DNA of 35,485 bases from positions 1 through 35,485 of the forward strand of contig CAMWYL010000001.1 of the NCBI GenBank assembly GCA_947178465.1, given 5' to 3'. The position numbers and the translations under genes were made by a program. The DNA comes from an uncultured Lachnospiraceae bacterium. Lineage in GTDB: Bacteria > Bacillota > Clostridia > Lachnospirales > Lachnospiraceae. The notes beneath the pieces are model-generated. The model made no database searches and was not told where the DNA came from. It saw only the letters and a list, made by a program, of their open reading frames with translations. This document shows, one piece after another, positions 25,952 through 35,485 of this stretch (its first letter is position 1; the number at the start of each line of letters is the position of its first letter).

Positions 25952-28312
25952 TCAGCCCGTTGTCCTTTCAATATCTATAACGCTCTCTATCATTCTGATT
26001 TTATCAATAATGGTATTCAACTCCTCGCGGCTGCCAATTTCGAAGCTGATTGACATTGTCGCGATATCCTGTTTGTTCGTTCTGGTGTTCACAGCGCGGA
26101 TGTCTATATTTTTCTCAGTAAAGGTTCTTGAAACATCCGCCAAAAGCCCGCTCCTGTTCTGCGCATAGATTGCGATTTCCGTCAGATATTTCTCCTTTCC
26201 GGTCTCAACCTCTTCCGGCTGCCATTCCGCGTCAATCAACCTTACTCTGTCAATATCCGGAAGGCTCAAAATATTGATACAGTCCGTCCTGTGAATCGAA
26301 ATGCCTCTGCCTCTGGTGACAAAGCCCACAATTTCATCCCCCGGGACGGGAGCACAGCAACGGGAAAACCGAACGGCCACATCATGGATACCGCGCACGG
26401 TAATGCCATTCTTACTTTTGGAGTTGATGGGCCTGCCTGAGTTTCTTTCCTGTATTGCTGCCAGAAGCTCATCATCCGTGACCTGTTTCTTATGGTCCTT
26501 GTTATATATATCCTGCATCCGGTTGATAACCTGCCCCTCCTTGAGGGCGCCATGTCCGATTGCCGCAAGCACTGCTTCCCAATCGTTAAAGCCGTATTTA
26601 TGCATCACCGCCGTCTGATATTCTGTCGTGAGCAGCTCCGCCGTATTGATATTCTTTGACTTGCAGTAGCTTTGAATCAGCTCCCTGCCTTTTATCACGT
26701 TATCCTCCTTCAGTTCGTTCTTGAACCATTGAAGGATTTTATTCTTCGCCTGAGAGGACTTCACGATATTCAGCCAGTCGCGGCTTGGCCCCTTGGCGTT
26801 CTGAGAAGTCATAATCTCAATGCAGTCCCCGTTATTAATCTTGTAATCATTTGTAACCAGCTTCCCGTTTACCCTCGCGCCGATCATCTTATTGCCCACG
26901 GCGCTGTGAACGCTGTACGCGAAATCTATCGGAGTCGAGCCGGCGGGCAAATTCTTGACGTCACCCGACGGTGTAAAGCAGTACACATGATCAGAAAACA
27001 AGTCCAAATCGCTCTTTAAAAGCTTTAAAAACTCCTTGTTATCCGACATGTCCTTCTGCCATTCAAGGATCTGGCTGAGCCATGCCAGCTTTTCCTCCTC
27101 GCCGCCTGTCGAAACCTTGCCGTCGCTGGTCTCCTTATATTTCCAATGGGCAGCAATTCCGTACTCTGCCACCTTGTGCATATCAAAGGTCCGAATCTGG
27201 ATCTCGAAGGGCTGTCCGGTAGAACCAATCAGCGTTGTGTGCAGAGATTGATACATATTTGCCTTGGGCATTGCGATATAATCCTTAAACCGCCCCGGCA
27301 TCGGCTTATACATCTCATGAATGACACCAAGCGCGGCATAGCAGTCCTTTACCGAATCCACAATAATGCGTACCGCGAAAAGGTCATAGATTTCCTCTAT
27401 GGTCTTATTCTGGTTCTTCATCTTCTTGTAAATGCTAAAGAAGTGCTTCACACGCCCGTCTATCTGCGCCTTGATTCCCGCACCGTTAATATGGTCAGTC
27501 ACCTCATCCACAATATCCTGAACATATTTCTCGCGCACACTCTTTCGGAGAGATATTTTTTCCACCAAATCATAGTACGCCTCCGGCTCAAGATACTTGA
27601 GCGATAAATCGTCCAACTCTATCTTTATCTTGGATATACCGAGCCGCTCCGCAAGCGGAGAATAAATATCCAGCGTCTCCCGCGCAATCCGCTTCTGACT
27701 CTCGGGGGACTTATATTTGAGGGTACGCATATTGTGGAGACGGTCTGCAAGCTTAATCAGAATCACACGGATATCCTTTGCCATCGCAAGGAACATCTTC
27801 CGCAGGTTCTCCGCCTGCAACTCCTCACGGCTTGCAGTTCTGTCCGGTGCGGCATCTCCCGTATACTGCAGCTGCTCCAGCTTCGTCACACCATCCACCA
27901 GCAGCTCCACATCGGGACCGAACTGCTCTCTAAGCTCTTCATTTGTCATAATGGTGTCCTCAACGACATCGTGCAAAAGCCCCGCCACGATTGTCTCCTT
28001 GTCAAGCTCAAGATCCGCAAGGATAATCGACACGCACAACGGATGTACAATGTAAGGCTCTCCCGACTTCCTGACCTGGTCCTTGTGCGCCTCACATGCA
28101 GTTGCATAAGCCTTGTCAATCATACTGATGTCGTCTGAGGGGTGATATTTGTGGACACGACGAATCAGACTCTGATACAATGTATCCGGCGTCTGAAATT
28201 CCTTAATATATTCAATTGTGCGTTCATCAGCTCTCAGGATCTTTGTCTTGCTTCCCTTTATGATCAGGGATTCCTCATAGCCCTCTTCCTTCGCACGATT
28301 CTCTTCTGCCAC
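25952..28312 (-). CDS. relA: bifunctional (p)ppGpp synthetase/hydrolase Rel
   Basis: HD domain (R.SGEPY..HP, LLHDVVED), RFKDY, EIQIRT, TGS (DFAY.VH), CC zinc finger, ACT; start GTG 28312 or 28321. Confidence 0.96.
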   Translation of the reverse strand: MAEENRAKEEGYEESLIIKGSKTKILRADERTIEYIKEFQTPDTLYQSLIRRVHKYHPSDDISMIDKAYATACEAHKDQVRKSGEPYIVHPLCVSIILADLELDKETIVAGLLHDVVEDTIMTNEELREQFGPDVELLVDGVTKLEQLQYTGDAAPDRTASREELQAENLRKMFLAMAKDIRVILIKLADRLHNMRTLKYKSPESQKRIARETLDIYSPLAERLGISKIKIELDDLSLKYLEPEAYYDLVEKISLRKSVREKYVQDIVDEVTDHINGAGIKAQIDGRVKHFFSIYKKMKNQNKTIEEIYDLFAVRIIVDSVKDCYAALGVIHEMYKPMPGRFKDYIAMPKANMYQSLHTTLIGSTGQPFEIQIRTFDMHKVAEYGIAAHWKYKETSDGKVSTGGEEEKLAWLSQILEWQKDMSDNKEFLKLLKSDLDLFSDHVYCFTPSGDVKNLPAGSTPIDFAYSVHSAVGNKMIGARVNGKLVTNDYKINNGDCIEIMTSQNAKGPSRDWLNIVKSSQAKNKILQWFKNELKEDNVIKGRELIQSYCKSKNINTAELLTTEYQTAVMHKYGFNDWEAVLAAIGHGALKEGQVINRMQDIYNKDHKKQVTDDELLAAIQERNSGRPINSKSKNGITVRGIHDVAVRFSRCCAPVPGDEIVGFVTRGRGISIHRTDCINILSLPDIDRVRLIDAEWQPEEVETGKEKYLTEIAIYAQNRSGLLADVSRTFTEKNIDIRAVNTRTNKQDIATMSISFEIGSREELNTIIDKIRMIESVIDIERTTG

Positions 28313-28336
28313 TGCAATCACCAGCCATTAAATATT

Positions 28337-28861
28337 TTATTTCCCTTCATAGGTTATCGCGGAATCCAACCGATAGCCGGCAATCCGCTCTCTTCCCTTC
28401 AATCCTGCAAGCTCCATCAGGACAACCACACCTACGACCTCTCCGCCAAGCGACTCAATCAGCTTGATCATCGCCTCCGTCGTACCGCCTGTAGCAATCA
28501 GGTCATCCACTACAAGCACCTTCTGTCCCTTTTGAATAGAGTCCTTATGCATCTCAATCGTCGCCGTACCGTACTCCAGCTCATACTCCACGGATACCGT
28601 TTCTGAGGGAAGCTTTCCCTTTTTCCTGATCAGTACAAACGGCTTATGATTATTATACGCAATCGGCGTGCCAAAGATAAAGCCTCTTGATTCAGCGCCC
28701 GCCACAACGTCATAATCCAAGTCCTTCACCAACTCCTGCATCTTATCAATGGCAAGATGAAGTCCGTCCGCATCCTGTAAAACGCTCGTCACATCACGGA
28801 ACATAATCCCCTTTTCAGGAAAATCAGGTATTGTCCTAACGTATTCTTCCAACTTTTTCAT
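28337..28861 (-). CDS. apt: adenine phosphoribosyltransferase
   Basis: IPDFP..GI.FRD, ESRGF, RK.GKLP, Y.LEYG, VDDLIATGGT; start MKKLEE at 28861. Confidence 0.96.
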   Translation of the reverse strand: MKKLEEYVRTIPDFPEKGIMFRDVTSVLQDADGLHLAIDKMQELVKDLDYDVVAGAESRGFIFGTPIAYNNHKPFVLIRKKGKLPSETVSVEYELEYGTATIEMHKDSIQKGQKVLVVDDLIATGGTTEAMIKLIESLGGEVVGVVVLMELAGLKGRERIAGYRLDSAITYEGK

Positions 28862-28901
28862 AGGTTCACGCTCCAATCCGATAAATATATTAAACACTAC
28901 A

Positions 28902-28930
28902 ATTATATTCTTATTTTTTTGATAAGTCAA
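28902..28930 (-). promoter_or_regulatory. near-consensus sigma-A promoter TTGACT-N17-TATAAT for the apt-relA operon
   Basis: 11/12 consensus match with exact 17-bp spacing, 40 bp upstream of the apt ATG. Confidence 0.8.
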
Positions 28931-29455
28931 TGAAATCTGTATTTGGCCTCACACCGCTTTTCCAGTTCCCTATAATACTCCTCGCTATTACATGGAATCG
29001 CCAAAGCACTCTGCTGCCAATCCGAAAGATACGCCGCATTGGCATTTTCCAATGCCCTTTGCCCATCAAGAAGCGTGGCAAGCGGTTTCACACGCCCTTC
29101 TATGGAATCCGCAAAATTCTGCAAAACGACGGTATATTCATTGCACTCCTGCGTAAAAGGAATCTTGGGATACATCTCCCAGGATGTTTTTGATACATGG
29201 GCCGTCGAAGTCTCATTCTGATAAACCGTAATAAACTGATTGTCCTCCACAACCAACTTGCCAAGCTCTCCATAAATCTCCAGACGATTGCTTCCCGGGG
29301 AATCACCTATAGACGAAAGGAAGGTTCCCCACATCCCATTCTCGTGTCTGAAAACATGCTGTCCTCGTCCGGAAAGATCACAACCTCCAGCATATTCTTC
29401 CTGATTTCCTGCAGCCCTGCGGCATTCCTACACGCAATACCATTGCAGCAAAGTC
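28927..29455 (-). pseudogene. Gfo/Idh/MocA oxidoreductase remnant (C-terminal part only)
   Basis: HENGMWGTFLSSIGDSPGSNRLEIYGELGKLVVE...LQNF..I...ANAAYLS.W resembles the family C-terminus. Upstream LLQWYC and GMP fragments lie in different frames with an in-frame TAG at 29428-29430. The NAD-binding domain is absent. Confidence 0.7.
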
Positions 29456-29463
29456 CGGCAGCC

Positions 29464-31773
29464 TCAGACCTCAAAAATGAGTACCGTAACGGAATGCGGC
29501 GCAAACGTATAGGTTAGTTCATTTGCGCTCACCGGAAGCCTCTCCGTCTGCGGCAGGATGTTGTCCGGATGTTCAAAGGTATTCGTCTCATCCGGTCTAT
29601 GCCCCTTTAAGCACGCAGCCGTCACGCTGTTCTTGATTGCCCCATCCAGCGACAACAGCACCTCCTTTTCCTCTCCGGTGAGGTTCACCACCTTCAATAT
29701 CGTTCTGTCACAGCTTCTGTCCACACCGGCAGTCACATACAATTCTTCCAGCTCAGGCAGGCGGTCAGCGGTATCGTTATAGAGAACCCCGTTCACCCAT
29801 GTTCTTATCCTTCTGCCTTCAATCTCCAGCTCCGCGAAATATTCCATGTCCTCCACATGGAATATTCGATGTGAAATAACAGAGCTTCTTCCCGCATAGT
29901 AGGACGTCAGATTACAGTCCCAGTTATCCCAGCCGCCAAATTCCCACAGCAGCCGGTTTTTCTCATCCTTTTCCCCGAAAAAGATTTTCAGTCCCTTTCT
30001 CCCGGCCGTTCTCCGGAACCGGAAGGATACCTTATAGTGACCGCTCTGAATATCCGTAAGCAGATTTTTCCGATTGCTTTTGTCAATCAGGATATCAGAC
30101 AGCTCCGTAACCTCCCCGGTATGGCAGTCTGTCACCTTTACTTCCCAAATTTTTCCTTCGATATCATTCCCCGTTATCACCAAGCTGCCTGTGATATCTT
30201 TCTCATCCACTACCGGAACGATTTCATCCAGATTTTTTGTCTCAAAGGAAACCGCATCCGTGCCCTGATTCTCCATGAAAAGCTTCTGCACATAATAGTT
30301 AGGCGTTTTCAGCACCGCATGATTGTTAAACCACAGCATATCCGGTTTCCAGTTCACATAATCCGCATTACAGAGCATGGGCGCATAACACGCCATCGCT
30401 ACCGCCTTCGACCGTTCCAGATGCGTCATATAGGCGGCCTCTACCAACGCGTTATAGTACGTATTTCCCCATGACGCGTATTCTCCCAGAAATACCTTGG
30501 GTCCGTTTTCGTCATAATCCTCGTAATGGTGCATATTCGCCAGAAACCACTCCGGGGAGGAATAATAATGCTCATCGACCAAATCGGAACCATACCTGTT
30601 CGCAGAACGCCAGCCTGCCTCATAGCCTTCTCCCGACGCAAACGGCCCTGCGGTATTGATAATCTTAATGTCCGGATATTTTTCACGAATCGCCTTGTGA
30701 AAATACGGATACCGCTCAAAAAACCCGTCTCCAATCTCCTCGTTGCCGATACCAATATATTTCAGGTCAAAGGGCGCCTCATGCCCAAGCTCCGCTCTGA
30801 TTTTACCCCAGCCCGAATCACTGCCGCCATTGGCAAATTCAATCAAATCCAGCGCGTCATCTACCCATTCGCCAATCTCTTCAAGAGGCACGCCGACGCC
30901 CTTATGAGGATTGAAGCCTCCCGGCAGTATCGGAACCGGCTCTGCGCCAATCTCCTCACAAAAACAGAAATACTCAAAATATCCGAGTCCAAGGGATTGG
31001 TTGTATCCCCAATTGTTTCGCCAGCTCGGGCGCTCCTCCACCTTGCCGATTGTCCGCTTCCAGCGGTACATGGAATTGTGGTCATGGTCATTCAGGCTGC
31101 CATCATGTACAAGACAGCCTCCCGGAAAGCGCAGGAACTTGGGATGCATCTCCTGCAACGCCTCGGCAATATCCTTTCGCAGGCCGCCCTTTTTCCCAAG
31201 AAAGGTATCCTGTGGGAAAAACGATACCATGTCAAGATCACATGTCCCGTCCGTCTCAAAGGTCAACACCAGCCGCCCGCAGGTGGTGGTATTTGACGCC
31301 TTTACCTGTAATTCGTATTTCTTCCACGCTTTGCCACTGACTTCGAGAACACCTTCCGCGCATACAGCAGCATCTTCCGCTTCTACCGTTACACGAATGC
31401 GGATGCTTCCTTCCACGCCGCCCGCAAACAAAGAGAAGTCGTAGTTCTTTCCCGCTTCCACGAAAAATCCGGTATTGTAGCCTTGATTGCAGACTGCGCT
31501 GTTCGATTGCGCTTCCACATGCAGATAATGCGGATTCTCAACATGCAGCGGTTCTTCCGAGAGCACCTCCCAGCGAATTTCCCCGCGCTTTTCCCATGCG
31601 GTCAGGGCATGGTACTCCTTCTTATCCGGCTCACAGTATTCAAACGAACGGTTCTGCACCATCTCCGCATACAGCCCGCCGTCCGCAGCGTGGTTGATGT
31701 CCTCAAAAAACAATCCGTATAATATGCCAAGTTCCTTGCAACGTTGATTCTGAAATATTTTTATCTGTTTCAT
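29464..31773 (-). CDS. alpha-L-arabinofuranosidase, GH51
   Basis: YGLFFEDINHAADGGLYAEMVQNRSFE, RFPGGC, IGNEE (acid/base), DEHYY, GEYA (nucleophile), CYAP; no signal peptide. Confidence 0.92.
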   Translation of the reverse strand: MKQIKIFQNQRCKELGILYGLFFEDINHAADGGLYAEMVQNRSFEYCEPDKKEYHALTAWEKRGEIRWEVLSEEPLHVENPHYLHVEAQSNSAVCNQGYNTGFFVEAGKNYDFSLFAGGVEGSIRIRVTVEAEDAAVCAEGVLEVSGKAWKKYELQVKASNTTTCGRLVLTFETDGTCDLDMVSFFPQDTFLGKKGGLRKDIAEALQEMHPKFLRFPGGCLVHDGSLNDHDHNSMYRWKRTIGKVEERPSWRNNWGYNQSLGLGYFEYFCFCEEIGAEPVPILPGGFNPHKGVGVPLEEIGEWVDDALDLIEFANGGSDSGWGKIRAELGHEAPFDLKYIGIGNEEIGDGFFERYPYFHKAIREKYPDIKIINTAGPFASGEGYEAGWRSANRYGSDLVDEHYYSSPEWFLANMHHYEDYDENGPKVFLGEYASWGNTYYNALVEAAYMTHLERSKAVAMACYAPMLCNADYVNWKPDMLWFNNHAVLKTPNYYVQKLFMENQGTDAVSFETKNLDEIVPVVDEKDITGSLVITGNDIEGKIWEVKVTDCHTGEVTELSDILIDKSNRKNLLTDIQSGHYKVSFRFRRTAGRKGLKIFFGEKDEKNRLLWEFGGWDNWDCNLTSYYAGRSSVISHRIFHVEDMEYFAELEIEGRRIRTWVNGVLYNDTADRLPELEELYVTAGVDRSCDRTILKVVNLTGEEKEVLLSLDGAIKNSVTAACLKGHRPDETNTFEHPDNILPQTERLPVSANELTYTFAPHSVTVLIFEV

Positions 31774-31842
31774 TTCTTATCTCATCCTTTTTCTGATTGT
31801 GGGTTGGGGTAAAAGTGTGTGGTCTTTTATACTGATTTGATA

Positions 31843-31871
31843 ATTGTACCATGTTTATATCTGTTTGATAA
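31843..31871 (-). promoter_or_regulatory. putative extended -10 promoter TTATCA-N17-(TGg)TACAAT for the GH51 gene
   Basis: TGn extension, 5/6 -10 match, 17-bp spacer. Confidence 0.5.
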
Positions 31872-31940
31872 TAGAAAATAAGGCATTTGGAGCAAATTTT
31901 TCTCCTTTTATCTTTCATGTTACCCGAAGTTGTTTTTCTA

Positions 31941-31964
31941 AGGAAACGCTTTCATAGCGTTTCC
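31941..31964. promoter_or_regulatory. cre/LacI-family operator-like site within a 9-bp inverted repeat
   Basis: Minus strand TGAAAGCGTTTCCT (31954-31941) fits TGWAARCGYTWNCW; ggaaacgct-ttcat-agcgtttcc inverted repeat. Confidence 0.45.
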
Positions 31965-31977
31965 CTGATTCTCCACC

Positions 31978-32019
31978 AAAATAACCAAACAGGCAGTTAC
32001 CCATACCGGATAACTGCCT
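31978..32019 (-). terminator. intrinsic terminator of the trp operon
   Basis: AGGCAGTTATCC-GGTAT-GGGTAACTGCCT stem (12 bp, one G-U) followed by GTTTGGTTATTTT, 70 bp after the trpA stop. Confidence 0.6.
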
Positions 32020-32089
32020 TATAATTATGTAAACTCTGTTTTTGTGCAACGATGGAAATCCAAGCCGGCAACGCTCATAACTTATCTCC

Positions 32090-32881
32090 CTAAGCGGTCT
32101 TACCCTCAGCCACAACCACGGCCGCCTTCATTTCCTTCACATAATCGCAGACGGGTTTCACACAGTCCCTGCCATACTTCGCGATAAGCTTCACAATCGC
32201 GCTTCCCACAATCACGCCGTCAGAGTGGGAAGCCATCTCCTGCGCCTGCTCCGGCGTGGCTATGCCAAAGCCGATTGCGCAGGGAATATCGGAAACCGCC
32301 TTCACCTGACGGACCATCGCCCCGATATCGGTCGTGATTTTGCTCCGAACGCCGGTCACTCCGAGCGAGGATACGCAGTAGAGAAAGCCCTTTGCCTGCC
32401 GCGCAATCATGTCAATACGCTCCTTTGAGGTCGGCGCAATCATGGAAATCAGCTCGATTCCCGCTGCCGCACAGGCGCCGCTGACCTCCTCCCGCTCCTC
32501 AAACGGCACATCCGGCACAATGATTCCGTCGATACCGCACTCCGCGCATTTTCGGGTAAATTTTTCCGTCCCATAAGTATAAATAGGATTTACATAAGTC
32601 ATAAATACCATCGGCACATCCGTCTTTTCGCGAAGTCGCTTTACCATGTCAAACAGCTTATCCGTGGTAGTGCCTGATTGAAGCGCCCGCACATCCGCCT
32701 CCTGAATAACAACACCCTCCGCAATCGGGTCCGAAAAGGGAATCCCGATTTCTATCAAATCTGCCCCCGCCGCTGCCATCTGCGGTATCAGCGCCTCCGT
32801 TGTCTCAATATCAGGGTCTCCCCCCGTCACGAACGCGATAAATGCCTTTTTATTTTCAAATGCCTTGCTGATTCTGCTCAT
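32090..32881 (-). CDS. trpA: tryptophan synthase alpha chain
   Basis: EIGIPFSDPIAEG.VIQ, VSSLGVTG, GFGI, DGVIVGSA. Confidence 0.96.
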   Translation of the reverse strand: MSRISKAFENKKAFIAFVTGGDPDIETTEALIPQMAAAGADLIEIGIPFSDPIAEGVVIQEADVRALQSGTTTDKLFDMVKRLREKTDVPMVFMTYVNPIYTYGTEKFTRKCAECGIDGIIVPDVPFEEREEVSGACAAAGIELISMIAPTSKERIDMIARQAKGFLYCVSSLGVTGVRSKITTDIGAMVRQVKAVSDIPCAIGFGIATPEQAQEMASHSDGVIVGSAIVKLIAKYGRDCVKPVCDYVKEMKAAVVVAEGKTA

Positions 32882-32964
32882 CCCTAACCTCCGTTATTCA
32901 AAATACTCTATCCAAGATTCGTTATCTGAAGCTCTTTGTTCAAAATCCTGCACTGACCTTTAAG

Positions 32965-34155
32965 CTAATCAAAGATTTCCACGCCTCTGTATCTTGCAAT
33001 TGCCGCCACGTCCTTATCGCCGCGCCCTGAAATGTTCACAACGATAATCTGATCCTTTCCCATGGACGGCGCAAGCTTTTTCGCATAAGCGATTGCATGT
33101 GCGCTCTCGATGGCCGGAATAATGCCCTCCATCCTCGAGAGATATTCAAACGCTTCAACCGCCTCATCATCTGTAATCGGCACATATTGGGCACGGCCTG
33201 TTTCCGCCAGATTTGCATGCTCCGGCCCGATTCCCGGGTAATCCAGCCCTGCCGAAATCGAGTATACCGGCGCTATCTGCCCATATTCATCCTGACAGAA
33301 CAGGGACTTCATTCCGTGAAAAATGCCAACACTTCCGTTTGCAATTGTCGCGGCATTCTTGGGGTTGTCAACGCCAAGCCCTGCCGCCTCACAGCCGATT
33401 AATCTGACACTTGTGTCAGGTATGAATTCATAGAATGCACCCATGGCGTTGCTTCCGCCGCCGACGCAGGCGATTACCGCATCGGGAAGCTTTCCCTCCG
33501 CCGCCATAAGCTGCTCCTTGATTTCCTGCCCGATTACCTTCTGGAAATCCCGCACAATCATCGGAAACGGATGCGGCCCCATCACCGAACCGAGGACATA
33601 CAGCGTATCATCCATTCTTGAAGTCCACTCCCGCATGGTCTCATTTACGGCATCCTTCAGGGTCATTGTCCCGGAGGTAACCGGATGCACCTTTGCGCCG
33701 AGAAGCTCCATCCGGTAGCAGTTCAGCGCCTGTCTGTCCGTATCCTCTTTTCCCATAAAAATCTCACATTCCATCCCCATCAGTGCCGCCGCGGTCGCCG
33801 TGGCAACGCCGTGCTGTCCTGCGCCTGTCTCCGCAATCACACGCGTCTTCCCCATTTTCTTCGCCAGAAGCACCTGCCCAAGCACGTTATTGATCTTGTG
33901 AGAGCCTGTGTGATTCAGGTCCTCTCTTTTGAGGTAAACCTTTGCACCGCCCAAATCCTTTGTCATTTTCTCCGCATAATACAACAGGGAGGGTCTGCCC
34001 GCATACTTCTCCATCAGCTCCTTTAATTCCCGCTGAAACTCCGCGTCATTCTTATATTTCTCGTAAGCCTCCTCCAGCTCCTGCACCGCGGGCATCAACG
34101 TCTCCGGTATATACTGCCCGCCGTATAATCCATATCTTCCCTTACTTCCTTCCAT
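32965..34155 (-). CDS. trpB: tryptophan synthase beta chain
   Basis: [14 protein letters not shown] (PLP Lys), [23 protein letters not shown]; ATG 34155 has better spacing from GGAGG than 34161. Confidence 0.97.
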   Translation of the reverse strand: MEGSKGRYGLYGGQYIPETLMPAVQELEEAYEKYKNDAEFQRELKELMEKYAGRPSLLYYAEKMTKDLGGAKVYLKREDLNHTGSHKINNVLGQVLLAKKMGKTRVIAETGAGQHGVATATAAALMGMECEIFMGKEDTDRQALNCYRMELLGAKVHPVTSGTMTLKDAVNETMREWTSRMDDTLYVLGSVMGPHPFPMIVRDFQKVIGQEIKEQLMAAEGKLPDAVIACVGGGSNAMGAFYEFIPDTSVRLIGCEAAGLGVDNPKNAATIANGSVGIFHGMKSLFCQDEYGQIAPVYSISAGLDYPGIGPEHANLAETGRAQYVPITDDEAVEAFEYLSRMEGIIPAIESAHAIAYAKKLAPSMGKDQIIVVNISGRGDKDVAAIARYRGVEIFD

Positions 34156-34181
34156 ATTCATCCTCCAACTCTATCCGATTG

Positions 34182-34838
34182 TCAAACGCCTCTGACCAGA
34201 TTGATAAAATCTTTTATTTTTGCTTCATCCTTCACACCGTCCGTCTCCACACCGGTGCTGACATCCACGCCGTAACACGCAGGCATACCATCCGTCCTCT
34301 GTTCGAGTATCTCCTTTATATTGGCAGGTGAAAGCCCGCCGGCAAGAAAATACGGCTTCACCGCCTTTCCCCGCGCGATACCCTGCCGCAGCCCCTCCGC
34401 AAGAATATCAAGTGAAAAACGCTCTCCCGTACCGCCAAGCGTTCCCTTTTTATAGGTATCAAAAAGCATGTAGTTCGCCTCCTGCGACATCCGCTCCGCG
34501 ACCTGCTCCCCGCTCTGAACCTTTACCGCTTTTATGACAGTTGTGTCGGTTTCTTTTTTCAGCTCCCTGATATACTCCTCCGACTCATCCCCATGAAGCT
34601 GCGCGACATCTATAATCCCCCGGCTGCACAGGCTGATGACATGCGCAATCGGTTCATTTACAAATACGCCTACCGCCCGAATGTCCTTATTCAGGCTCTG
34701 CTTCATCGCAAGCGCCTGTTCATCCGTAACAAAGCGTTTTGTGGGCGCAAACACAAATCCGACATACTCCGGCAGATACTTATTGACTGCCGCCACATCC
34801 GCAAGAGTCTTTAACCCGCATATTTTTATCCGCGTCAT
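34182..34838 (-). CDS. trpF: phosphoribosylanthranilate isomerase
   Basis: KICGL, VGVFVN, QLHGDE, GGTG..F, LAGGL...N, DVSTGVE. Confidence 0.95.
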   Translation of the reverse strand: MTRIKICGLKTLADVAAVNKYLPEYVGFVFAPTKRFVTDEQALAMKQSLNKDIRAVGVFVNEPIAHVISLCSRGIIDVAQLHGDESEEYIRELKKETDTTVIKAVKVQSGEQVAERMSQEANYMLFDTYKKGTLGGTGERFSLDILAEGLRQGIARGKAVKPYFLAGGLSPANIKEILEQRTDGMPACYGVDVSTGVETDGVKDEAKIKDFINLVRGV

Positions 34839-34899
34839 TTGGTTGACCTCTCCCTTCTATGCTCTCATGTATGCTTACTGCGCGGTAGAGCATGCAAGC

Positions 34900-35485
34900 C
34901 TATCCCCGTAATGTGCGCAACATCTCTGCCTTATTCTCACTGCGCATCAGCGTCTCCCCGACAAGCACACCGTTGACGCCTGCCTCCCGCAATGCCTGAA
35001 TATCTTCCGCCGTCCGTATTCCGCTTTCCGCCACAAACAAAATGTCCTTCGGAACCTGACCGCGGAGCCTTATGCTGTTATGGATATCTACGGTAAAGGT
35101 CTTCAGGTCTCTGTTATTTACGCCGATCATCCTTGCGCCTGCCGCAATCGCATGTGCGATTTCCTCCGCGTCATGCGCCTCGACCAACGCCGAAAGCCCA
35201 AGCGTATCGCAGATCCCCTTATACTCCTTTATCGTCTCCGTGTCCAGAAGCGCCGCAATTAAGAGCACGCAGGACGCGCCGAGAAGCTTCGCCTCATAAA
35301 TCTGATAGCTGTCAATGATAAAGTCTTTCCGGATGGTCGGTATCGAAATCGCGTCATTGATTTCCCGCAGGAATTTATCCTCTCCCTTGAAATAATCCGG
35401 CTCTGTAAGCACCGAGATACAATCCGCTCCCGCCTTGTCATAGTCACGCGCGATGTCCAGCTACGGGAACTCCTCCGCGATAACA
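34900..35485 (-). CDS. trpC: indole-3-glycerol phosphate synthase (5' end outside window; in-frame TAG at 35461-35463, possible pseudogene)
   Basis: ISVLTEP..F.G, RKDFIID.YQI, LVEAH, GVNNRDL, AESGI, LVGE.LM; upstream frame reads VIAEEFP*LDIARDYDKAGADCISVLTE. Confidence 0.9.

Noticed and set aside
31703-32115. Small ORFs 31703-31918 and 31915-32115
   Set aside because: They overlap the terminator, promoter and neighbouring gene ends and show no protein-like features.
34859-34895. atgctct...agagcat inverted repeat between trpC and trpF
   Set aside because: Only 7 bp with a long loop and no U-tract; not enough to call a regulatory element.
1471-35447. Numerous 60-256 aa plus-strand and alternate-frame ORFs
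   Set aside because: They overlap well-supported minus-strand genes or regulatory gaps and show no recognisable motifs.

Overview
A Firmicutes chromosomal segment (gene content and protein style suggest Lachnospiraceae) in which every credible gene lies on the minus strand. In transcription order (right to left): the distal trp operon (trpC-trpF-trpB-trpA, with an in-frame TAG in trpC); a small carbohydrate islet (GH51 alpha-L-arabinofuranosidase plus a decayed Gfo/Idh/MocA oxidoreductase); a housekeeping operon apt-relA-MBL hydrolase-[inserted 151-aa ORF behind a triplicated 26-bp hairpin repeat]-hemZ; and a ~23 kb flagellar/chemotaxis cluster (flbD, motA, motB, fliL, fliM, fliY, cheY, fliO, fliP, fliQ, fliR, flhB, flhA, flhF, flhG, PilZ brake, cheB, cheA, cheW, cheC, cheD, membrane protein, fliA, DUF342/FapA, small hypothetical, DUF6115-like protein running off the left edge). 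I saw no rRNA, tRNA, CRISPR, IS element or prophage. The most notable items are a stator with Na+-type signatures plus Met at the MotB ion-selectivity position, a Prp/L27-type NLQFF/A motif on FlhB, the repeat-flanked orphan ORF, a structured cheC-cheD spacer, and the trpC amber codon. All family assignments come from motif recognition, not database searches.
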